The notes beneath the pieces were generated by a model. That model ran no database searches. It saw nothing but the letters and a program-made list of their open reading frames with translations, and was not told the DNA's origin. DNA of 64,000 bases from an uncultured Thermoplasmata archaeon (GTDB taxonomy: Archaea; Thermoplasmatota; Thermoplasmata; Halarchaeoplasmatales; Halarchaeoplasmataceae): positions 5,918-69,917 of the forward strand of contig CAYWYD010000003.1 of NCBI GenBank assembly GCA_964462425.1. The letters are read 5' to 3'. Within the stretch, counting starts at the first letter, position 1. Each line of letters starts with the position of its first letter. Below, piece after piece: positions 45,823-56,631 of the stretch. Both the position numbers and the translations under genes were made by a program.

Positions 45823-46410
45823 ATGCCGATAGAGAAGATAATCGAAAGGATCGAAGAAGAAACGCGGGATAAAATGGATAACATTATCCAAAGGGGGGAA
45901 GAGAGGGCGAAGGAGATCGAGGAAGAGATAGAGAAGGAGAAGGAGCGGAAACTCGAGGAGATGAAAAAGGAAAGGGAAAGAGAGATAAAGACGATGAAAA
46001 ACAGGATCATCTCCCAGGCTAAACTCGAAACTAAGAAGAAAAAATTGAATGTCAGGGAAGAGATGATAAATGACGTCTTTGAGAAAGTGAAGACACGCCT
46101 CGATTCAAAGGGGCCAGAGGAGTATAAAGGCTATCTTAAGCAGGCCATCAAACAAGCCGATAATTTATTGAAAGGTGATTTCAAAATAGAATGTGATCCA
46201 GAGAGCGAGGAGTTGGTGAGACGATTATCAAACGAGATCAATCTAAAGATCGAGATAGAAGCTACCTTAGACACGATCGGAGGTATAAAAGCCATTTCTG
46301 AAAAAGGTTCTACTATCGATTTTACCTTCGAAGCTAACCTGGATAGCAAACGTAAAAAACTGCGAAAGGAGATCTCTGAGATATTATTTCAAGAGAAAGA
46401 GGAGGACTGA
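45823..46410 (+). CDS. atpE: A-type ATP synthase subunit E
   Basis: The N-terminal charged helix is MPIEKIIERIEEETRDKMDNIIQRGEERAKEIEEE. The C-terminal globular domain and the position in the operon also fit. Confidence 0.8.
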   Translation: MPIEKIIERIEEETRDKMDNIIQRGEERAKEIEEEIEKEKERKLEEMKKEREREIKTMKNRIISQAKLETKKKKLNVREEMINDVFEKVKTRLDSKGPEEYKGYLKQAIKQADNLLKGDFKIECDPESEELVRRLSNEINLKIEIEATLDTIGGIKAISEKGSTIDFTFEANLDSKRKKLRKEISEILFQEKEED

Positions 46411-46413
46411 ACG

Positions 46414-47544
46414 GTGTTAGAAAGTCTGATAAATACATTGGGTCTGCCTACTTTCGTGCTGATAGTGGTAGGCGCATCTTTATTGATAGTGGTCATCCTA
46501 TTGATGAGTTATTTTAAAGTCCTGATATCCATAACCAACTTCAGTTTCCCCAATGCTAAATTGAGAGCGAGAGGCAATCCGTTCATAAAGAGAGACATTT
46601 TGAAATCTTTAGTGGAGAGTACTAGTCTCAACGAAGTTTTTTCCAAGATAAGAGAGGAAAACTATGAGATCCCAAAAGAAGAAACCGAAGAACTTTCTTC
46701 GATAGAAAAGAAACTTGAAGAAAACGTTATCGAATCCCTAAAAAAAGCACATATGGCGGCTCCAACGAACTTCAAACCCTTCGTAAATACATGGCTGATG
46801 AAATATGACCTCAAGATGGTCAAGAGAGCGATGAAGGACATATTCAGAGAAAAAGGAGAATTAGATAAGAAATTGATCCCCGTGAAAACGATAGATGAAG
46901 AAAAAGTGGAGGAGATGACATCCGCTAGGAATATGCAGGAACTAGTATCGGTCCTGAAGGAAACAAAATTTGAAGAACCTCTTAAGGGAAAAGAAAACGT
47001 GGATAATTTTTTCGAGATTGACGTGGAATTGGATAAATTCCTTTTCCAGGAGATAAGAAGTTCCGCCAATCAGGTAGAGGGCGAGGAAAGATCAACGGTC
47101 AGATACTTTTTCGGGAAATATACCGATGTGCTAAATCTCAAGACAATACTTAGAGGGTTGAGAGAAGATATAGAAGAGGAAAGATTGAAAGAGTCCTTAT
47201 TACCTCCAGGTAGGGAATTGGAAGATTGGAAGCTGGAGAACATGGTCGAAGCTTCGGACCTCGACGAAGCGCTGATAGAACTGGAGGGTACCTCTTACGA
47301 TGAATTGAGAGAAGCGAAATCCACTCTGTCTTATTTTGAGCTGGAAAAAAAATTAGACGAGGAACTTCTAAAAGTAGTTTCAGAGATCCACAGTCAAGAG
47401 ATACTAACCGTAGGCCCGATGCTAAAATTTTTGATCGCCAAAGAGATGGAACTGCGGAACCTTAAAGTATTGATCAGAGGGATCAAGGAAGGACTAAATC
47501 CAAAGAAGATAAGTGATCTTATGATAATGGAGGGAGCAGGATGA
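46414..47544 (+). CDS. atpC: A-type ATP synthase subunit C (V-type d homologue)
   Basis: 376-aa helical protein in the conserved position between E and F. The stop overlaps atpF as ATGA. Confidence 0.75.
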   Translation: MLESLINTLGLPTFVLIVVGASLLIVVILLMSYFKVLISITNFSFPNAKLRARGNPFIKRDILKSLVESTSLNEVFSKIREENYEIPKEETEELSSIEKKLEENVIESLKKAHMAAPTNFKPFVNTWLMKYDLKMVKRAMKDIFREKGELDKKLIPVKTIDEEKVEEMTSARNMQELVSVLKETKFEEPLKGKENVDNFFEIDVELDKFLFQEIRSSANQVEGEERSTVRYFFGKYTDVLNLKTILRGLREDIEEERLKESLLPPGRELEDWKLENMVEASDLDEALIELEGTSYDELREAKSTLSYFELEKKLDEELLKVVSEIHSQEILTVGPMLKFLIAKEMELRNLKVLIRGIKEGLNPKKISDLMIMEGAG

Positions 47545-47876
47545 AGGTCGTTGTAGTAGGAAAAAAGGATATGGCAGTCGGTTTTTCGCTCGCTGGGGTG
47601 AACGAAGTCTTCACTCCTGAAGATGACCATGAAGCAAAAAAGAGGCTCGATAAGCTAATGCAATCGACCGATGTCGGAGTGATATTACTCTCAGAAAGTA
47701 TAGCCAAAGACATCAGCGAGCATCTTCAGCAGAAAAAGAAGAGAAAAGATGATGTTTATCCCGTTATAGTGGAGATACCCGATAAGGAAGGTCCCGTGGA
47801 AGGAAAAGAAGATCCCCTCCAGGACAAGATAAAAAGAGCCGTAGGTATTGATGTCACGACCCAGGAGGAAAAATGA
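47541..47876 (+). CDS. atpF: A-type ATP synthase subunit F
   Basis: MKVVVVGKKDMAVGFSLAGVNEVF is the canonical subunit F N-terminus. Confidence 0.85.
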   Translation: MKVVVVGKKDMAVGFSLAGVNEVFTPEDDHEAKKRLDKLMQSTDVGVILLSESIAKDISEHLQQKKKRKDDVYPVIVEIPDKEGPVEGKEDPLQDKIKRAVGIDVTTQEEK

Positions 47877-47946
47877 TCATGTATAGATATGATTTTGACG
47901 TTCAAGACGAATCCCATTTCAAGAGACGTTCAGGAGGAAGAGAAGT

Positions 47947-50900
47947 ATGAGAGAGGAAGCAGAAGAGAAGATCAGCAGGATGAAGGAGCCCGAGGACGAA
48001 GAAGAAGGCCGGATCATTCACGTCGCGGGTCCGGTCGTCGAAGCCGACGGTCTCAGAGGAGTCGAGATGTATGAAGTCGTGGAAGTTGGAGAAGAAGGTC
48101 TGATCGGCGAAGTCATCGAACTCGACGAAGACGTTGCGACCATACAGGTCTACGAGGAAACCGGCGGTGTGCGGCCTGGAGAACCGGTCGAAAGGACGGG
48201 AGAACCTCTTTCATTAGAACTCGGTCCCGGCCTGATCGAGCAGATCTACGACGGCATCCAGAGACCGTTAGCGGACATCGCCGAGGAGACCGGCGACTTC
48301 ATCCGCAGAGGCGTAGACGTATCTCCTTTGGACGAAAGCAGGGAGTGGGAATTCAGACCAGAGGTAGAAGAGGGAGACGAGCTGGAACAGGGTGATATCT
48401 TAGGTACCGTAGAGGAAACTAAAACTGTGGATCACAAGGTCATGGTCCCTCCGGGTAAAGGAGGTAAAGTCAAAGAGATCGTATCGGAAGGAGAATACAC
48501 CATCGATGAAACCATCGCGGTTTTGGAGAATGAAGATGGTGAAGAAGAGATAAGCATGAAACAGCGCTGGCCCGTGCGAGTGGGCAGGCCGATTAAGGAC
48601 AAAAAGCAGCCCGGCGAGCTTTTGGTTACTGGACAGAGAGTTTTAGACACTTTCTTTCCTCTCGCTAAGGGAGGTACCGCGGCTATCCCTGGGGGCTTCG
48701 GGACGGGGAAGTGCGTCACGGGAGACACCCCCGTTTTGTTCGCTGACGGCTCGAAGGAACCTATAGGAGAGGTGTACGAAGAGTACAAGTCTGAGGGTGA
48801 AAAGAAGGTCGATAACGAAGAAACACTGATCGAACTGGAGGAACCTCTCGATATACTCTCTATGGAGGACGGAAGGATAGCCGAAAAGGAAGCTACTTGC
48901 CTCTACAAAGGTAAGACAGATACGACTGTCGTGATAAATACGAAATCTGGGCGAGAAGTCGAACTCACACCTATCCATAAATTGTTCGTTCTGACTCCAG
49001 ATATGGAGATCACAGAGAAGCCCGCGGGAAAGATCGAAGAAGGAGAGACTCTACTAGCTCCAAGAAGACTTCCTATAGAGGAAAAAAGTGAAGCTGAAAG
49101 GCTGGTCGTGGAAGACCTTCTGCCCGAAAAGAGAGTCCACGGTGAAGACTTCGATAAAACGGTTGAAGCCATAGGTGACCTCGAAGAAAAGTTCGGCAGT
49201 AGGAAGACACTCGCCGAAAGATTAGATATCAGCGAAGACGTTCTTACCGAGTACGCTCTAGGAAGGAACAGACCTAAAGCGAAGGTCGCCGAGAAGATAT
49301 TTGAAGAGAAGGGGATCGATCATGAAATAAGGAACGTTAAGAGTGAAAGGAGATCTACACCCATCCAGGTACCGTCGAAATTAGACGAAGACCTTGCCGA
49401 ACTTCTAGGACTTCTACTTGGAGACGGCACTGTTAAACCGTCTACCGTCCATTTCTACAATAACGATGAAGAACTCCTGTCAAGGGTGGATGAGCTTTTA
49501 AGCGGGCTTTTCGATGTGGAAATGGAGAGGGAACACGCCCGAACGGTGGATTCGACGAAAGTCAACTGTAAAACTTTGAGAGATCTTCTTGTTTCCCTCG
49601 GCTTTCCGGAAGAGAACAAGTCGAGAAATTGTAGCATTCCAAACAAGGTGCTTAAAAGCGGAGAGGACGTGATCGCGGCCTTCGTTAGAGGTTATTATCT
49701 CGCGGACGGAAGTTTCTCCAAATACGAAGTCGAGATAAACACTTCCAGCGAGGAGATGGCCAGCGATCTGACTTATGCTTTAACGAGGATCGGCACGCCT
49801 CCAAGACTCGGTTCAAAAAACACATATGCGAATAAAAGCTACAGGATAAGGATCTCTGGAGAAGAGCTCGAGAATTTCTATGAGAAAACAGCTGCGGACC
49901 ATCAAAAATATGAAAAGATCGAGAAATATTTGGAAAAGGATAGCAAACATTTCAGAGGAATCAATTCGGTAGAAGTGTCGCCCGAACTCGTGGAAGAGAA
50001 GTTCGAAGAGAGCGGGATAACGAGAAAAGAGTTTAAAGAGAACGGCATAAAGATAGCGAATTACACGACTCAGGAAGAAAAAATGAGCGTTCCAGTGTTC
50101 AGGAAGTTCTCCTCTATGACTGCTGACGATGATCTGGTAAAAATGGCGGAGAACCATTTGGATCATTTCTTACCCGATCCGGTCGAATCCGTCGAAGTGA
50201 AAGATGAAACCAAGGATGTTTACGACTTGACAGTGCCGGAAACCCACAACTTCGTAGGAGGTAACTCACCGATGGTACTCCACAACACGGTAATTCAGCA
50301 TCAATTGGCCAAATGGAGTGACGCCGACATAGTCGTTTACGTCGGCTGTGGAGAGAGAGGAAACGAGATGACCGAAGTTCTAAGAGATTTTCCGGAATTA
50401 GAAGATCCGTGGAGCGGAGAATCGCTGATGAAGAGGACCGTCCTCATCGCGAACACAAGTAACATGCCGGTGGCGGCGAGAGAGGCTTCCGTTTTCTCCG
50501 GCATCACTATAGCTGAATATTATAGAGATATGGGTTATAACGTTGCGTTGATGGCGGATTCAACTTCCCGTTGGGCGGAAGCTTTGAGAGAGATCTCCGG
50601 GAGGCTCGAAGAGATGCCCGGAGAGGAAGGTTTCCCGGCTTATTTGGCCTCTGAGTTAGCTTCCTTTTACGAGAGAGCCGGTATCTGTGATCTTTACGGG
50701 GGAAGAGAAGGCTCAATATCGGTTATAGGTGCGGTCAGTCCTTCTGGAGGCGATTTCTCCGAGCCGGTAACACAGAACACCCTGAGGATAGTGCAGGTCT
50801 TCTGGGCTTTGGATACCGAGCTGAAGAACAGGAGACATTTCCCGGCTATCGATTGGTTGACCTCTTATTCCCTCTACCTCGACGAGGTCAGCGACTGGTG

Positions 50901-51405
50901 GAAAGATAACGTCAACGAAAACTGGAAGTCGCTGAGGAGAGAGACGATGCGGCTTTTGGAGAAAGAGTCGGAACTTGAAGAGATCGTTCAGCTGGTAGGA
51001 CCCGATGCACTTCCACCCTCCGACCAGTTCGCACTCCAGGCCGCTAGAGTGATAAGAGAAGACTTCCTGCAGCAGAACGCATTTCACGACGTTGACACGT
51101 TCTGCGAACCGGAGAAACAGTTCAGGATGCTGCAGATGATGATGCGGTTCTATGCGACCGGGCAGGAAGCTGTGGAAGAGGGTGTTCCGGTCGATGATCT
51201 ATCAGAGATGGACGTGCTCGAAAAGATCAGCAGGATGTCCAATCATCCGTCCGAAGAATACGAGGATAGGTTCAACGAGATACAGATGGAGATGAACGAG
51301 GAATTCCAAGAGTTGGAAGAGTCCCTGGAACTATCTTCTCCGCTTGAAGGCGAGGAGCCAGTAACCGAAACGGATGAAGAAAATTCTCCAGAGGAGGAGG
51401 TATAA
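47947..51405 (+). CDS. atpA: A-type ATP synthase catalytic subunit A, interrupted by an in-frame intein in the P-loop
   Basis: [11 protein letters not shown]... The P-loop PGGFGTGK is split from [11 protein letters not shown] by a 525-aa insertion. C-terminal A-subunit motifs are intact. Confidence 0.92.
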   Translation: MREEAEEKISRMKEPEDEEEGRIIHVAGPVVEADGLRGVEMYEVVEVGEEGLIGEVIELDEDVATIQVYEETGGVRPGEPVERTGEPLSLELGPGLIEQIYDGIQRPLADIAEETGDFIRRGVDVSPLDESREWEFRPEVEEGDELEQGDILGTVEETKTVDHKVMVPPGKGGKVKEIVSEGEYTIDETIAVLENEDGEEEISMKQRWPVRVGRPIKDKKQPGELLVTGQRVLDTFFPLAKGGTAAIPGGFGTGKCVTGDTPVLFADGSKEPIGEVYEEYKSEGEKKVDNEETLIELEEPLDILSMEDGRIAEKEATCLYKGKTDTTVVINTKSGREVELTPIHKLFVLTPDMEITEKPAGKIEEGETLLAPRRLPIEEKSEAERLVVEDLLPEKRVHGEDFDKTVEAIGDLEEKFGSRKTLAERLDISEDVLTEYALGRNRPKAKVAEKIFEEKGIDHEIRNVKSERRSTPIQVPSKLDEDLAELLGLLLGDGTVKPSTVHFYNNDEELLSRVDELLSGLFDVEMEREHARTVDSTKVNCKTLRDLLVSLGFPEENKSRNCSIPNKVLKSGEDVIAAFVRGYYLADGSFSKYEVEINTSSEEMASDLTYALTRIGTPPRLGSKNTYANKSYRIRISGEELENFYEKTAADHQKYEKIEKYLEKDSKHFRGINSVEVSPELVEEKFEESGITRKEFKENGIKIANYTTQEEKMSVPVFRKFSSMTADDDLVKMAENHLDHFLPDPVESVEVKDETKDVYDLTVPETHNFVGGNSPMVLHNTVIQHQLAKWSDADIVVYVGCGERGNEMTEVLRDFPELEDPWSGESLMKRTVLIANTSNMPVAAREASVFSGITIAEYYRDMGYNVALMADSTSRWAEALREISGRLEEMPGEEGFPAYLASELASFYERAGICDLYGGREGSISVIGAVSPSGGDFSEPVTQNTLRIVQVFWALDTELKNRRHFPAIDWLTSYSLYLDEVSDWWKDNVNENWKSLRRETMRLLEKESELEEIVQLVGPDALPPSDQFALQAARVIREDFLQQNAFHDVDTFCEPEKQFRMLQMMMRFYATGQEAVEEGVPVDDLSEMDVLEKISRMSNHPSEEYEDRFNEIQMEMNEEFQELEESLELSSPLEGEEPVTETDEENSPEEEV
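48712..50286 (+). mobile_element. Intein with LAGLIDADG homing-endonuclease domain, inserted at the VMA-a (P-loop GK|T) site
   Basis: It starts with Cys ([10 protein letters not shown]...) and ends ...VLHN with Thr as the +1 residue. The two LAGLIDADG blocks are [14 protein letters not shown] and [12 protein letters not shown]. Splicing would restore GGFGTGKTV. Confidence 0.85.
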
Positions 51406-51407
51406 AG

Positions 51408-52796
51408 ATGAGCGACGAGATGTCTAAAAGGACCGAATATCAGAATGTCACGGAAGTCTCCGGACCGCTGATGGTGGTGGAGGGTATAAGCGGAGTCGCC
51501 TACGACGAGATAGCTAAGATCAAATTGCCGAGCGGTGAAGAAAGATTGGGTCAGGTCCTGGAGGCGGAAACCGACAGGGCCGTGCTTCAGGTCTTCGCCG
51601 GTACGAGAGGACTGGATACCGACGAAACGAGCGTCCAGTTCACAGGAGAAGTGATGAAGTTCGGAGTCTCTAGAGAGCTTTTAGGTAGAGTTTTCAACGG
51701 TATAGGCGAACCCATAGACGGAAGTCCCGATATAATCCCCGAGGAGAGAAGAGATATAAACGGAGATCCGATAAATCCCTCGACCCGGGAGTACCCTAGG
51801 GAGTTCATCCAGACCGGTGTTTCCACCATAGACGGTATGTTGACCCTGGTGAGAGGACAGAAATTACCGATATTCAGCGCCTCCGGACTTCCACACAACA
51901 GTTTGGCGGCTCAGATAGCGCGGCAGGCCGAAGTCCTCGGCGAGGAGGAAGAATTCGCGGTGGTTTTCTGCGCCATGGGTATAACTGCGGAAGAGGCCAA
52001 CTTCTTCAGGAGAGACTTCGAGAGGACCGGCGCCTTGGAACGATCGGTTTTATTTTTGAACCTGGCGAACGACCCGGCGATCGAGAGGATAATAATCCCG
52101 AGGATGGCTCTGACCGCCGCCGAGTACCTCGCTTTCGAAGAGGACATGCAGGTCCTGGTGATCATGACCGATATGACGAATTATTGTGAGGCGCTGAGAG
52201 AGATAGCTGCTGCGAGAGAAGAGGTGCCCGGTAGAAGAGGGTATCCAGGGTACATGTACACCGATCTGGCGAACATCTACGAGAGGGCCGGGAGAATCCT
52301 GGACAGAGAGGGTTCCATAACGATGATCCCCATACTGACGATGCCCGACGACGATATAACTCATCCCATACCCGATCTTACCGGTTACATCACTGAAGGA
52401 CAGTTGGTCTTCTCGAGAGAACTGCACAGGAAAGGGATAAGGCCTCCGATAACCCCAGGAGAGAGCCTTTCTAGACTGATGGAAGAAGGTATAGGCGAAG
52501 AGAGAACGAGAGAGGACCATTCCGACGTGAGCAACCAGCTTTATGCGGCCTATGCCGAAGGTCTAGACCTGCGTGATCTCGTGGCTGTCGTCGGAGAAGA
52601 GGCATTGAGCGATAGAGATCAGCTTTACCTGGATTTTGCCGAGGAATTCGAAGAGAACTTTATACACCAGGGTGAAGAGGAAGACAGGACTATAGACGAA
52701 ACTCTAGACCTGGGTTGGGAACTTTTGACCGCTATACCGAAGAAAGATCTCAAGAGGATCGACGAGAAGTGGATCGAGAAGTATTATCCCGACTGA
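51408..52796 (+). CDS. atpB: A-type ATP synthase subunit B
   Basis: [16 protein letters not shown]... and [10 protein letters not shown]-like segments are typical of the non-catalytic B subunit. It starts 3 nt after atpA. Confidence 0.92.
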   Translation: MSDEMSKRTEYQNVTEVSGPLMVVEGISGVAYDEIAKIKLPSGEERLGQVLEAETDRAVLQVFAGTRGLDTDETSVQFTGEVMKFGVSRELLGRVFNGIGEPIDGSPDIIPEERRDINGDPINPSTREYPREFIQTGVSTIDGMLTLVRGQKLPIFSASGLPHNSLAAQIARQAEVLGEEEEFAVVFCAMGITAEEANFFRRDFERTGALERSVLFLNLANDPAIERIIIPRMALTAAEYLAFEEDMQVLVIMTDMTNYCEALREIAAAREEVPGRRGYPGYMYTDLANIYERAGRILDREGSITMIPILTMPDDDITHPIPDLTGYITEGQLVFSRELHRKGIRPPITPGESLSRLMEEGIGEERTREDHSDVSNQLYAAYAEGLDLRDLVAVVGEEALSDRDQLYLDFAEEFEENFIHQGEEEDRTIDETLDLGWELLTAIPKKDLKRIDEKWIEKYYPD

Positions 52797-54081
52797 GCGG
52801 CTTTGACAGGTGCCTTCTGGCCGTGACCGGGGCCTCGTACCAACCTTCGGTCAACTCTCTTTCAACTTTTTTTTTCCTGACCTCATTTTCATCGGCTCTA
52901 GTACTGCATCTTTTACACCGGTAGCCCGCATCTTTGCCTATAGAGGACATCGATCTTCCACATTCGGGACATTTTGGATTGCCGACCTTTACTACCTTTT
53001 CTTCCAGTTCTAAGATTTTCATCTTCTCTATATTAAGGGTCAAAGGCTCCTTTCGGATCCCGCCCCACAATTCTACCCTGTCGCCTTCGATGAGTTTTTC
53101 CACCACCTTTCTAAAATCCTTGGTCGGCTCGTAGGCGGCGGCGGTGATCTTATTTTTTTTATCCTTTTCTTCCCCCACCTCGAACAGTACGTGGCCTCCT
53201 TCGATGTACTCCGGCTCGGAAGAGACTTTGCCCTTGACTCTTGCGGAAGTCCACGGTTCTATTTCAGAGAGAGCTGCCTCTTGGATATGATCATCGGTAG
53301 CTTGGTTGGTCAAAAAAGTGACCCACCTTTGAGGTCCTTCACCCCCTATGATATCTAAAGCCCCTTTCAATTCTTCGGGATCGTCTCCCCTGACACCGTA
53401 AAGAACGGGACAGGGGGATTTAGGGGCGATCATCTGTCTTTCCTCTTCATGATCGTAATTATCGAAAGTATGGTTGGTTCTTCTATCGAACTCTTTGACG
53501 TCTTCTTCAAGAATCCTTCTCGAAGCACCCCACTTTTCTTTCTTTCTGTAGGTCAAAAGTTCGTAAGTGAAATCGTCCGGTCTCCAGGCCAGGGCCGAAG
53601 TGGCTCCGATCAAACCCCGTTTCTCTCCGTATCCCTTGTAGGTGTGATCGTTCTCGTCTAAAAAGTTCAATATCTCTTCAAGCTCCACTACGTCCTTGAC
53701 CGCTCTTTCATAGATCCTTCTAGGAGGCCTTTCCTCTGCTACCACGAAGCCCGGGTTGGTTTTTTCACTATCGAATTCACTCCATCTTTCCACTACGTCT
53801 TTCACTCTCTGGAAGACGTTTTCATTTCTTGTAGATACACCTTCGAAGAGTGATACTTCGTCACCTATCTCCCCAATATTTCTCTTCTCTTTTTTCCCCC
53901 GACCTAGAGTTATTACTATGGCCCCGTTACCCCTAGTCTTCCAGGGCACGTTGGGATTCAGTCTTACTAACCGTGGATAATCTAAAAGGTCATATTCCTT
54001 GAACTCTTTTATCAGTTCGGTGGCTAAAAAGGTTGTACACATCCCTTTTCTAGAATCCGTGTCGTCGACAGCTATGAACAT
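52750..54081 (-). CDS. tiaS: tRNA(Ile2) 2-agmatinylcytidine synthetase TiaS
   Basis: The N-terminus [23 protein letters not shown]...[19 protein letters not shown] matches the TiaS kinase-like domain. The C-terminal zinc ribbon is CPECG...CKRC. The start was placed at Met16 of the track ORF. Confidence 0.8.
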   Translation of the reverse strand: MFIAVDDTDSRKGMCTTFLATELIKEFKEYDLLDYPRLVRLNPNVPWKTRGNGAIVITLGRGKKEKRNIGEIGDEVSLFEGVSTRNENVFQRVKDVVERWSEFDSEKTNPGFVVAEERPPRRIYERAVKDVVELEEILNFLDENDHTYKGYGEKRGLIGATSALAWRPDDFTYELLTYRKKEKWGASRRILEEDVKEFDRRTNHTFDNYDHEEERQMIAPKSPCPVLYGVRGDDPEELKGALDIIGGEGPQRWVTFLTNQATDDHIQEAALSEIEPWTSARVKGKVSSEPEYIEGGHVLFEVGEEKDKKNKITAAAYEPTKDFRKVVEKLIEGDRVELWGGIRKEPLTLNIEKMKILELEEKVVKVGNPKCPECGRSMSSIGKDAGYRCKRCSTRADENEVRKKKVERELTEGWYEAPVTARRHLSKPLSRDNTSRSTSRRSS

Positions 54082-54082
54082 A

Positions 54083-54739
54083 TCACTGTATACGCCCGCA
54101 GTTTTTGCATCTGTACCTTTCTTCACTTATACTAGTCAGTTCTCCTCCACATTCTCGGCACCGCTTTTCTTCCTTCTCCTCCTGCACCTCCTCCTTCTCT
54201 TCTCCCCGCTCATGTCCGAAAAGATGGTCGTCCAGGTACTCTCTAACGTGGACCGGTTCACCTCTGCTTCTCACGGTGGTCTCCGCTATCCTATCTAGAT
54301 ACCGCTGTCTCGGATCGCCTTCGGTCATCATGCCTGCGACCCAATCCAAAAGCAAAAGTATGCCGTGGAGCTTACTGAAGTTCCTTATCAATGCTTCCGA
54401 CATGTAGAAATCCTGAGTGAGCTGCTCCACTTCAAGTTTAAACAGTGCTTTCCCCACCGTCTTACCGCTGTAATATTCTAAAAGGGCGGAATAAAAGACC
54501 TGTACCATGCCGGCGGTCATCGGGAAGTACCAGAACATGTCGTACTGTAACTTGAGAGTGACCAGAAAGAAGAATACCCAGTAGACGAATACGGAAGAGA
54601 GGATAAAATCGATGATATAGGCTATCAATCGCTTTACCCAGTGCTTCTGCAACGGTCTGTTGTTGTGAAGGAGATCGAAACCGGTTACCATGACTATCCC
54701 GTATTCTTTAATACCCTCAGACTGCCCATCACTCATCAT
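54083..54739 (-). CDS. RDD-family membrane protein with C-terminal zinc ribbon
   Basis: The RDD motif residues are KRLIAYIIDFIL...GKTVGKALFKL...RQRYLDRIA. The C-terminus reads CRECGGEL...CKNCG. Confidence 0.5.
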   Translation of the reverse strand: MMSDGQSEGIKEYGIVMVTGFDLLHNNRPLQKHWVKRLIAYIIDFILSSVFVYWVFFFLVTLKLQYDMFWYFPMTAGMVQVFYSALLEYYSGKTVGKALFKLEVEQLTQDFYMSEALIRNFSKLHGILLLLDWVAGMMTEGDPRQRYLDRIAETTVRSRGEPVHVREYLDDHLFGHERGEEKEEVQEEKEEKRCRECGGELTSISEERYRCKNCGRIQ

Positions 54740-54904
54740 TCACTGAAAGCCTATCGACCTTCAGTATATATCGTCAGCTTTGGATTCTTCATCATCGGGT
54801 GTTGGAAGATAGGTCTACAGGTTCTTATGTTTTTTCCCCTTTTAGGATATATCTATTAGAAAAGATTCGAATGATTTATTACTGTGATTTTTACTCAATG
54901 AAAT

Positions 54905-55402
54905 ATGGAGTTGTTTATACGCGACTATCGTGAATGTGACCCCTCTAAATGTACAGCGAGAAAATTGCTAGATGATGGGTTAGCTGAAAAGCTCATGAAA
55001 GATAGAGAGCTAGGTAAAAAAGGTATATACCTCAACCCGTTAGCTGAAAAAGCGATATCGCCGGAGGACAAGGAAAAGGCCGAAGCCGGAGGTATAAGAG
55101 CTATAGACTGCACCTGGACCGAAGCCGACGACAAGATTCCGCAGTTCGAGAACGGCAGAGCACTGCCCTACCTCGTGGCGGTAAATCCAGTCAATTACGG
55201 AAAACCCTTCCAGCTGACCACTGTAGAAGCGCTCGCCGCCGCACTCTTCATCCTTGACGAAGACGACCAGGCGGAAGAGATACTCTCGAAATTCAGCTGG
55301 GGGGAACATTTTTTCGAGATGAACGAAGAGCCTCTGAAAGAGTACAAAGAAGCAGAGGGTAGTTCCGAGATCGTGGAGATACAGCAGGAGTTTATGGAAT
55401 GA
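54905..55402 (+). CDS. tsr3: Tsr3-family (DUF367) rRNA aminocarboxypropyltransferase
   Basis: YLNPLAEKAISPED...AIDCTW...NYGKPFQLTTVEALAAALFILDE matches the Tsr3 core. Confidence 0.65.
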   Translation: MELFIRDYRECDPSKCTARKLLDDGLAEKLMKDRELGKKGIYLNPLAEKAISPEDKEKAEAGGIRAIDCTWTEADDKIPQFENGRALPYLVAVNPVNYGKPFQLTTVEALAAALFILDEDDQAEEILSKFSWGEHFFEMNEEPLKEYKEAEGSSEIVEIQQEFME

Positions 55403-55421
55403 TCTCCTCCAAAAAAGCTGA

Positions 55422-55616
55422 CTATTCCTCCTGAGGCAGCATATTCGGGATTCCGTCTTCTATAGGGTAGTCGATATCGCAATCTTCGCAGTGTAAAGTT
55501 CCTTCCTCTATCTCTTGGGGAGAATCACCCGAACTTTCACTCTTCTTATCTACGGTCAGGTCCAACTCACCCTTACACTCTGGACATCTGAGTATATCTA
55601 ACAGACTCTCTTTCAT
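55422..55616 (-). CDS. trm112: Trm112-like zinc-ribbon protein (methyltransferase activator)
   Basis: LLDILRCPECKGEL...LHCEDCDIDYPIEDGIPNML. Confidence 0.75.
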   Translation of the reverse strand: MKESLLDILRCPECKGELDLTVDKKSESSGDSPQEIEEGTLHCEDCDIDYPIEDGIPNMLPQEE

Positions 55617-55670
55617 GGTTATTGTATAGAGTTTTGAGTAAAAATTCTTTCGGAAGCGTTAGCTTACAGA

Positions 55671-55982
55671 TCAAAATACATCCAGACTGTCCGGTATGTT
55701 ATTTTTCCTCTTGAGATAGCTTATCTGGGTTCTCGTGTAGCGGTATTTCACTTCACATTTTTCGTCCTGGAAGTCCCACGGCTCCACTATCAGGAGATCA
55801 CCCTCACGGATCCACATCCTCTTCTTGAGCTTCCCGGGAATACGTCCCATGCGCGTCTCTCCGTCTTCGCATATCGCTCTGACTCGACCACCGCCTAGCA
55901 TGTTATCCGCTATTGCAAACATCTGTCCATCGTCTCGATCGGGGTACGGAACCCTTACGACCTCGTCGTCTTCATCACTCAA
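55671..55982 (-). CDS. eif1a: Translation initiation factor 1A (aIF-1A)
   Basis: GQMFAIADNMLGGGRVRAICEDGETRMGRIPGKLKKRMWIREGDLLIVEPWDFQDEKCEVKYRY is the eIF1A OB-fold signature. Confidence 0.9.
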   Translation of the reverse strand: MSDEDDEVVRVPYPDRDDGQMFAIADNMLGGGRVRAICEDGETRMGRIPGKLKKRMWIREGDLLIVEPWDFQDEKCEVKYRYTRTQISYLKRKNNIPDSLDVF

Positions 55983-56050
55983 AGTATCAGATTCTTATAA
56001 AATATGGCCCTTATATAATCTTTGTTGGAAGTTCGGCCCAATTCTCGACC

Positions 56051-56527
56051 TCAGACTAGATCCCGGAAATAGGGTTTAACCACGTAGGAGATGGTCGCCA
56101 TGATACTCACTAATAAAAGTAAAGAGACGAAGGCGACAGGATAAGGATTGACTACGAAGAAGATGACCGTTCCGCCCGCAGGGGGGTGTTCCAACCATAG
56201 GGAGACCATGACTAGGATCGCTACTCCCAGAGATAAAGATACGGCGACTTTGAAAGGCAAAAGAGCGGGATAGGTAGAATGAAAGGCAAAACCTATGAGT
56301 CCACAGACGAAGTGGCTTCCTATCACTCGTCGGGGATGGGCCGGTTTACTGTCCGGCATGGCGAAAACGACGAAAGCGGTCGAACCCGCCGCAGCAACAA
56401 GTATGATCTCCTCACCTAGAATCGGGAGGCTCAACCCGAAATAAAGGATTAGAGCTGCAAAAAAAGGCTGGAAGACGTAATGTAAGATAGTATCTTTTTT
56501 GAGCTTCCTGTCGAATATTCGAACCAT
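56051..56527 (-). CDS. HPP-family membrane protein
   Basis: Four TM segments and the HPP motifs AHPRR and EHPPAGG. Confidence 0.5.
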   Translation of the reverse strand: MVRIFDRKLKKDTILHYVFQPFFAALILYFGLSLPILGEEIILVAAAGSTAFVVFAMPDSKPAHPRRVIGSHFVCGLIGFAFHSTYPALLPFKVAVSLSLGVAILVMVSLWLEHPPAGGTVIFFVVNPYPVAFVSLLLLVSIMATISYVVKPYFRDLV

Positions 56528-56631
56528 CGAAGTTACATAGATAAGGGACTAAAAATATTTTATTATGCGTTTTTTAATAGGAACCGAATTCAAAAAGATT
56601 ATATCGGGAACACCACATCTTCACCCAATAC

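Noticed and set aside
47889-48074. 61-aa Arg-rich ORF overlapping the atpA start
   Set aside because: It is an alternative frame of the GC- and GA-rich atpA 5' region. Its composition ([18 protein letters not shown]) is typical of out-of-frame translation.
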